Of a stretch of 49,333 nucleotides of DNA, positions 47,104 to 49,333 are shown one piece after another (position 1 is the stretch's first letter; each line of letters opens with the position of its first letter). The position numbers and the translations under genes were made by a program. Under the pieces are notes generated by a model, which had not been told where the DNA came from, did not search any database, and saw nothing but the letters and a program-made list of their open reading frames with translations. The stretch is from the NCBI GenBank assembly GCA_051942165.1, contig JAVECS010000010.1:1-49333 (forward strand). The letters run 5' to 3'. This DNA comes from Circinaria calcarea (Eukaryota).

Positions 47104-49333
47104 ATGTCGAATATCAAAGTGTTTGTGACCTGGGAAAGATCAAGCGTCTTTGCAGGAGAAGACCTTAAATGCACGATAACTTTCACCAACGTGGCCACAG
47201 TGTCTAGAGGCCCACGGTCTCCGTCGCCAACTTTCCCGATTTGTGGCCATAGCTCTGGTAGAGATCGATTGAGGAGAATCATACCCGATCAGCGAAAGTC
47301 TGACCTCTCTCAAAGGCCACCTTTAGCAACAGATGAGCCTATCCGATCACCACTTCAAAGCCATCGGGCGACTTCATCCTTGAATCACATCCAAGGAAGT
47401 GGAACGAAGTCTTCCCCTCACAACAAGGTTGTCGCGAAATCAGAATCAGGGGAGCCAAAACACCATAGATCCGTATCTATAGTGTCCAACAGGGCCATCG
47501 GTGTGGGTGGAGATGGGGATAGCAAAGACAAGCATAATCCACCACCAAAAGCATCCCAGCGTCCTGAGAGGCGCCATGGGCGAGCAGTCAGCCTTCAAAG
47601 CTACGTACGGAAACTCGAGTCAACCGTTGCCGCCCCACCGAGTACCACAACGACAAGATCAATTGTAACGACGCCGCCGCCGAGCAGATCACTGTACCAT
47701 GCAAAGCCAAACCTTCATAGGGCATCGACGTCTACTGTCGAAACTGGTCCATTGAGCGGGGTAGCATCTATTACCAGGGCCCGTCAGACAACTGATACGA
47801 ACTTCCAAGATATAGCCATCGTCGCTCGATCAAGGCCAAGTCACTCTGACTCCGAGTTTCCTAACGAGGTGTCCATCGAGGACAGGCCGCTGTTCCTGCC
47901 ATCTCTTACAAGAGACAAGCTCTCGAATACCTCAGAGAACATTCTGTCTGGCGACATTGCAGAGAGCATCAATGTTGCCGACCGCACTCGGCTCCTCGCT
48001 AATATCTTGTCACCCGCGAGCAGGAACGGCACACCCAGAAGCAGCATTGACTTGTACACTGCAAGCAACAACTCTGCAGAAACATTGGCATCTGAGTTCA
48101 TAGCGCCCACCGCTGGTAGGCAGCCTACAAGACTTTTGCATGGACGTCAACCAACGCACTTAGCTCCCATTGTAAGCCATACCAGGCCATCGGAGACTCT
48201 TATGATGGGTTATGTACAGATTATAGGTGCGTTTGCATTAGACGGGTCATTGATTAGTCTGAGTCCGTTCGAAGACATTAAGAGGAAGGGGGTAATTGGG
48301 GGTCAAGGTAGCGGTGGGGTCGTAGGGGTAGAGCCCACCAAGAAAAACATTGGTCTATTCGGCACTTTGAGTTGGGGTAATATTGGTGATTCTCTGGGTG
48401 GTCTCCTTGGGGCGTCTGAGCCTAGCAGTATTAGAGAAATGAAGGACATTGCGAGTACGAAATCCATACCGATTCTTTCAACCCCTCAGTCTATCCTATT
48501 TGTGAATTTGAAGTTGGATCCTGGAGAAAGTAGAAGCTATTCATACAGTCATGTTCTACCAAGAGGAATACCGCCCTCACACAGGGGCCGAGCTATGAAG
48601 GTCACCTACAATCTCGTCATTGGCACTCAAAGGGCGCAATCGAGGGCACAGCAACACCTGGTCCGACATGTGGAAGTTCCTTTTAGAGTCCTGCCTGGGG
48701 TCAATGGTATAGCATCCCCTTCATCGTCAGTCATAAAGGCTGACATTGATAGCACAAGGTGAGATCCTCGGGCATGACCTGATGTGCCCTCATATTGTTT
48801 TACAAAACTATGCTCACACGGCAAGTCTTAATGATCGGCCGGGAGTCAGCACGGATGAGCCCGAATTGCACGACGGTAGTCTAAATGGTGAAGTACCAGA
48901 TGAGTTCATTTGGTACTTAGAACACTTGCTCGACAGGCCCCGACAGGACTCTAGTCTTGGCCTGCTATCGCCAACAGAGTTCATGCCAGGAGACCGACCA
49001 GGCATCACGGGCGATGGTATTTCTTCGAAGGAAATCATCGATTATGCCATCCTCAAGGGCAATGCTCCAGCGTTTTCGAACCTCAGCCCTAATCGGTTCC
49101 AAATTCAGCGAGGCCCAGAGCGCATGGCAGTGATTCTCCTGGCCCGCGCGTCATATCGTCTCGGCGAGACCATATATGCCGTGATTGACTTCCAAGACGC
49201 CGATGTCCCCTGCTTATCAGTCCATATAACCGTAGAATCATCCGAAGCCATCGACCCGACATTAGCCCTACGATCAAGTTCGAGTATCAAACGTGCCACA
49301 CAGAGAGTGCATGCAGTGGGGTCGGAGTATACT
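47104..49333 (+). CDS. RGP1: Rgp1 (Ric1-Rgp1 Rab6/Ypt6 GEF subunit), truncated at the window end
   Basis: MSNIKVFVTWERSSVFAGEDLKCTITFTN, ETLMMGYVQI, IPILSTPQSILFVNL.L.PGESRSY, PPSHRGR, GEILGHDL, RASYRLGE. There is an intron at ~48707-48752, and the frame stays open to the window end. Confidence 0.88.

Overview
This is a gene-dense eukaryotic window from a filamentous ascomycete (Pezizomycotina, inferred from the protein families and from ~45-60 nt GT-AG introns with CTRAY branch sites). I modelled 20 intron-containing or single-exon protein-coding genes by hand. In order they are: an uncharacterised Cys/His-rich protein, a RING-CH E3 ligase, proteasome alpha-2 (PRE8), Dicer-like 2, an MFS sugar/polyol transporter, RFC1, MRPL16, a 92-aa Gly/Glu-rich hydrophilin-like protein, RFC5, COX11, a TMEM135-like membrane protein, an Ino2/Ino4-type bHLH factor, CENP-Q/Okp1, AcuM/Rds2, SPO22/ZIP4, a WDR62/MAPKBP1-like WD40 protein, an MpaB/Lcp-like (DUF2236) heme oxygenase, RRG9 and a 3'-truncated RGP1. 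A probable decayed gene lies at ~31.1-32.5 kb. I saw no rRNA, tRNA, CRISPR array, intact transposon or biosynthetic core enzyme. The window is mostly conserved housekeeping DNA, and I cannot claim a new biological system. The most notable signals are splicing oddities (a NAGNAG stop/read-through choice in SPO22, GAG/AAG acceptors, a GC-AG intron, a start codon assembled by splicing), the paired RFC/mitochondrial head-to-head layout, a stand-alone Lcp-like oxygenase, a candidate spliced basic micropeptide, and the pseudogene. All homology calls come from recognising motifs, not from database searches.
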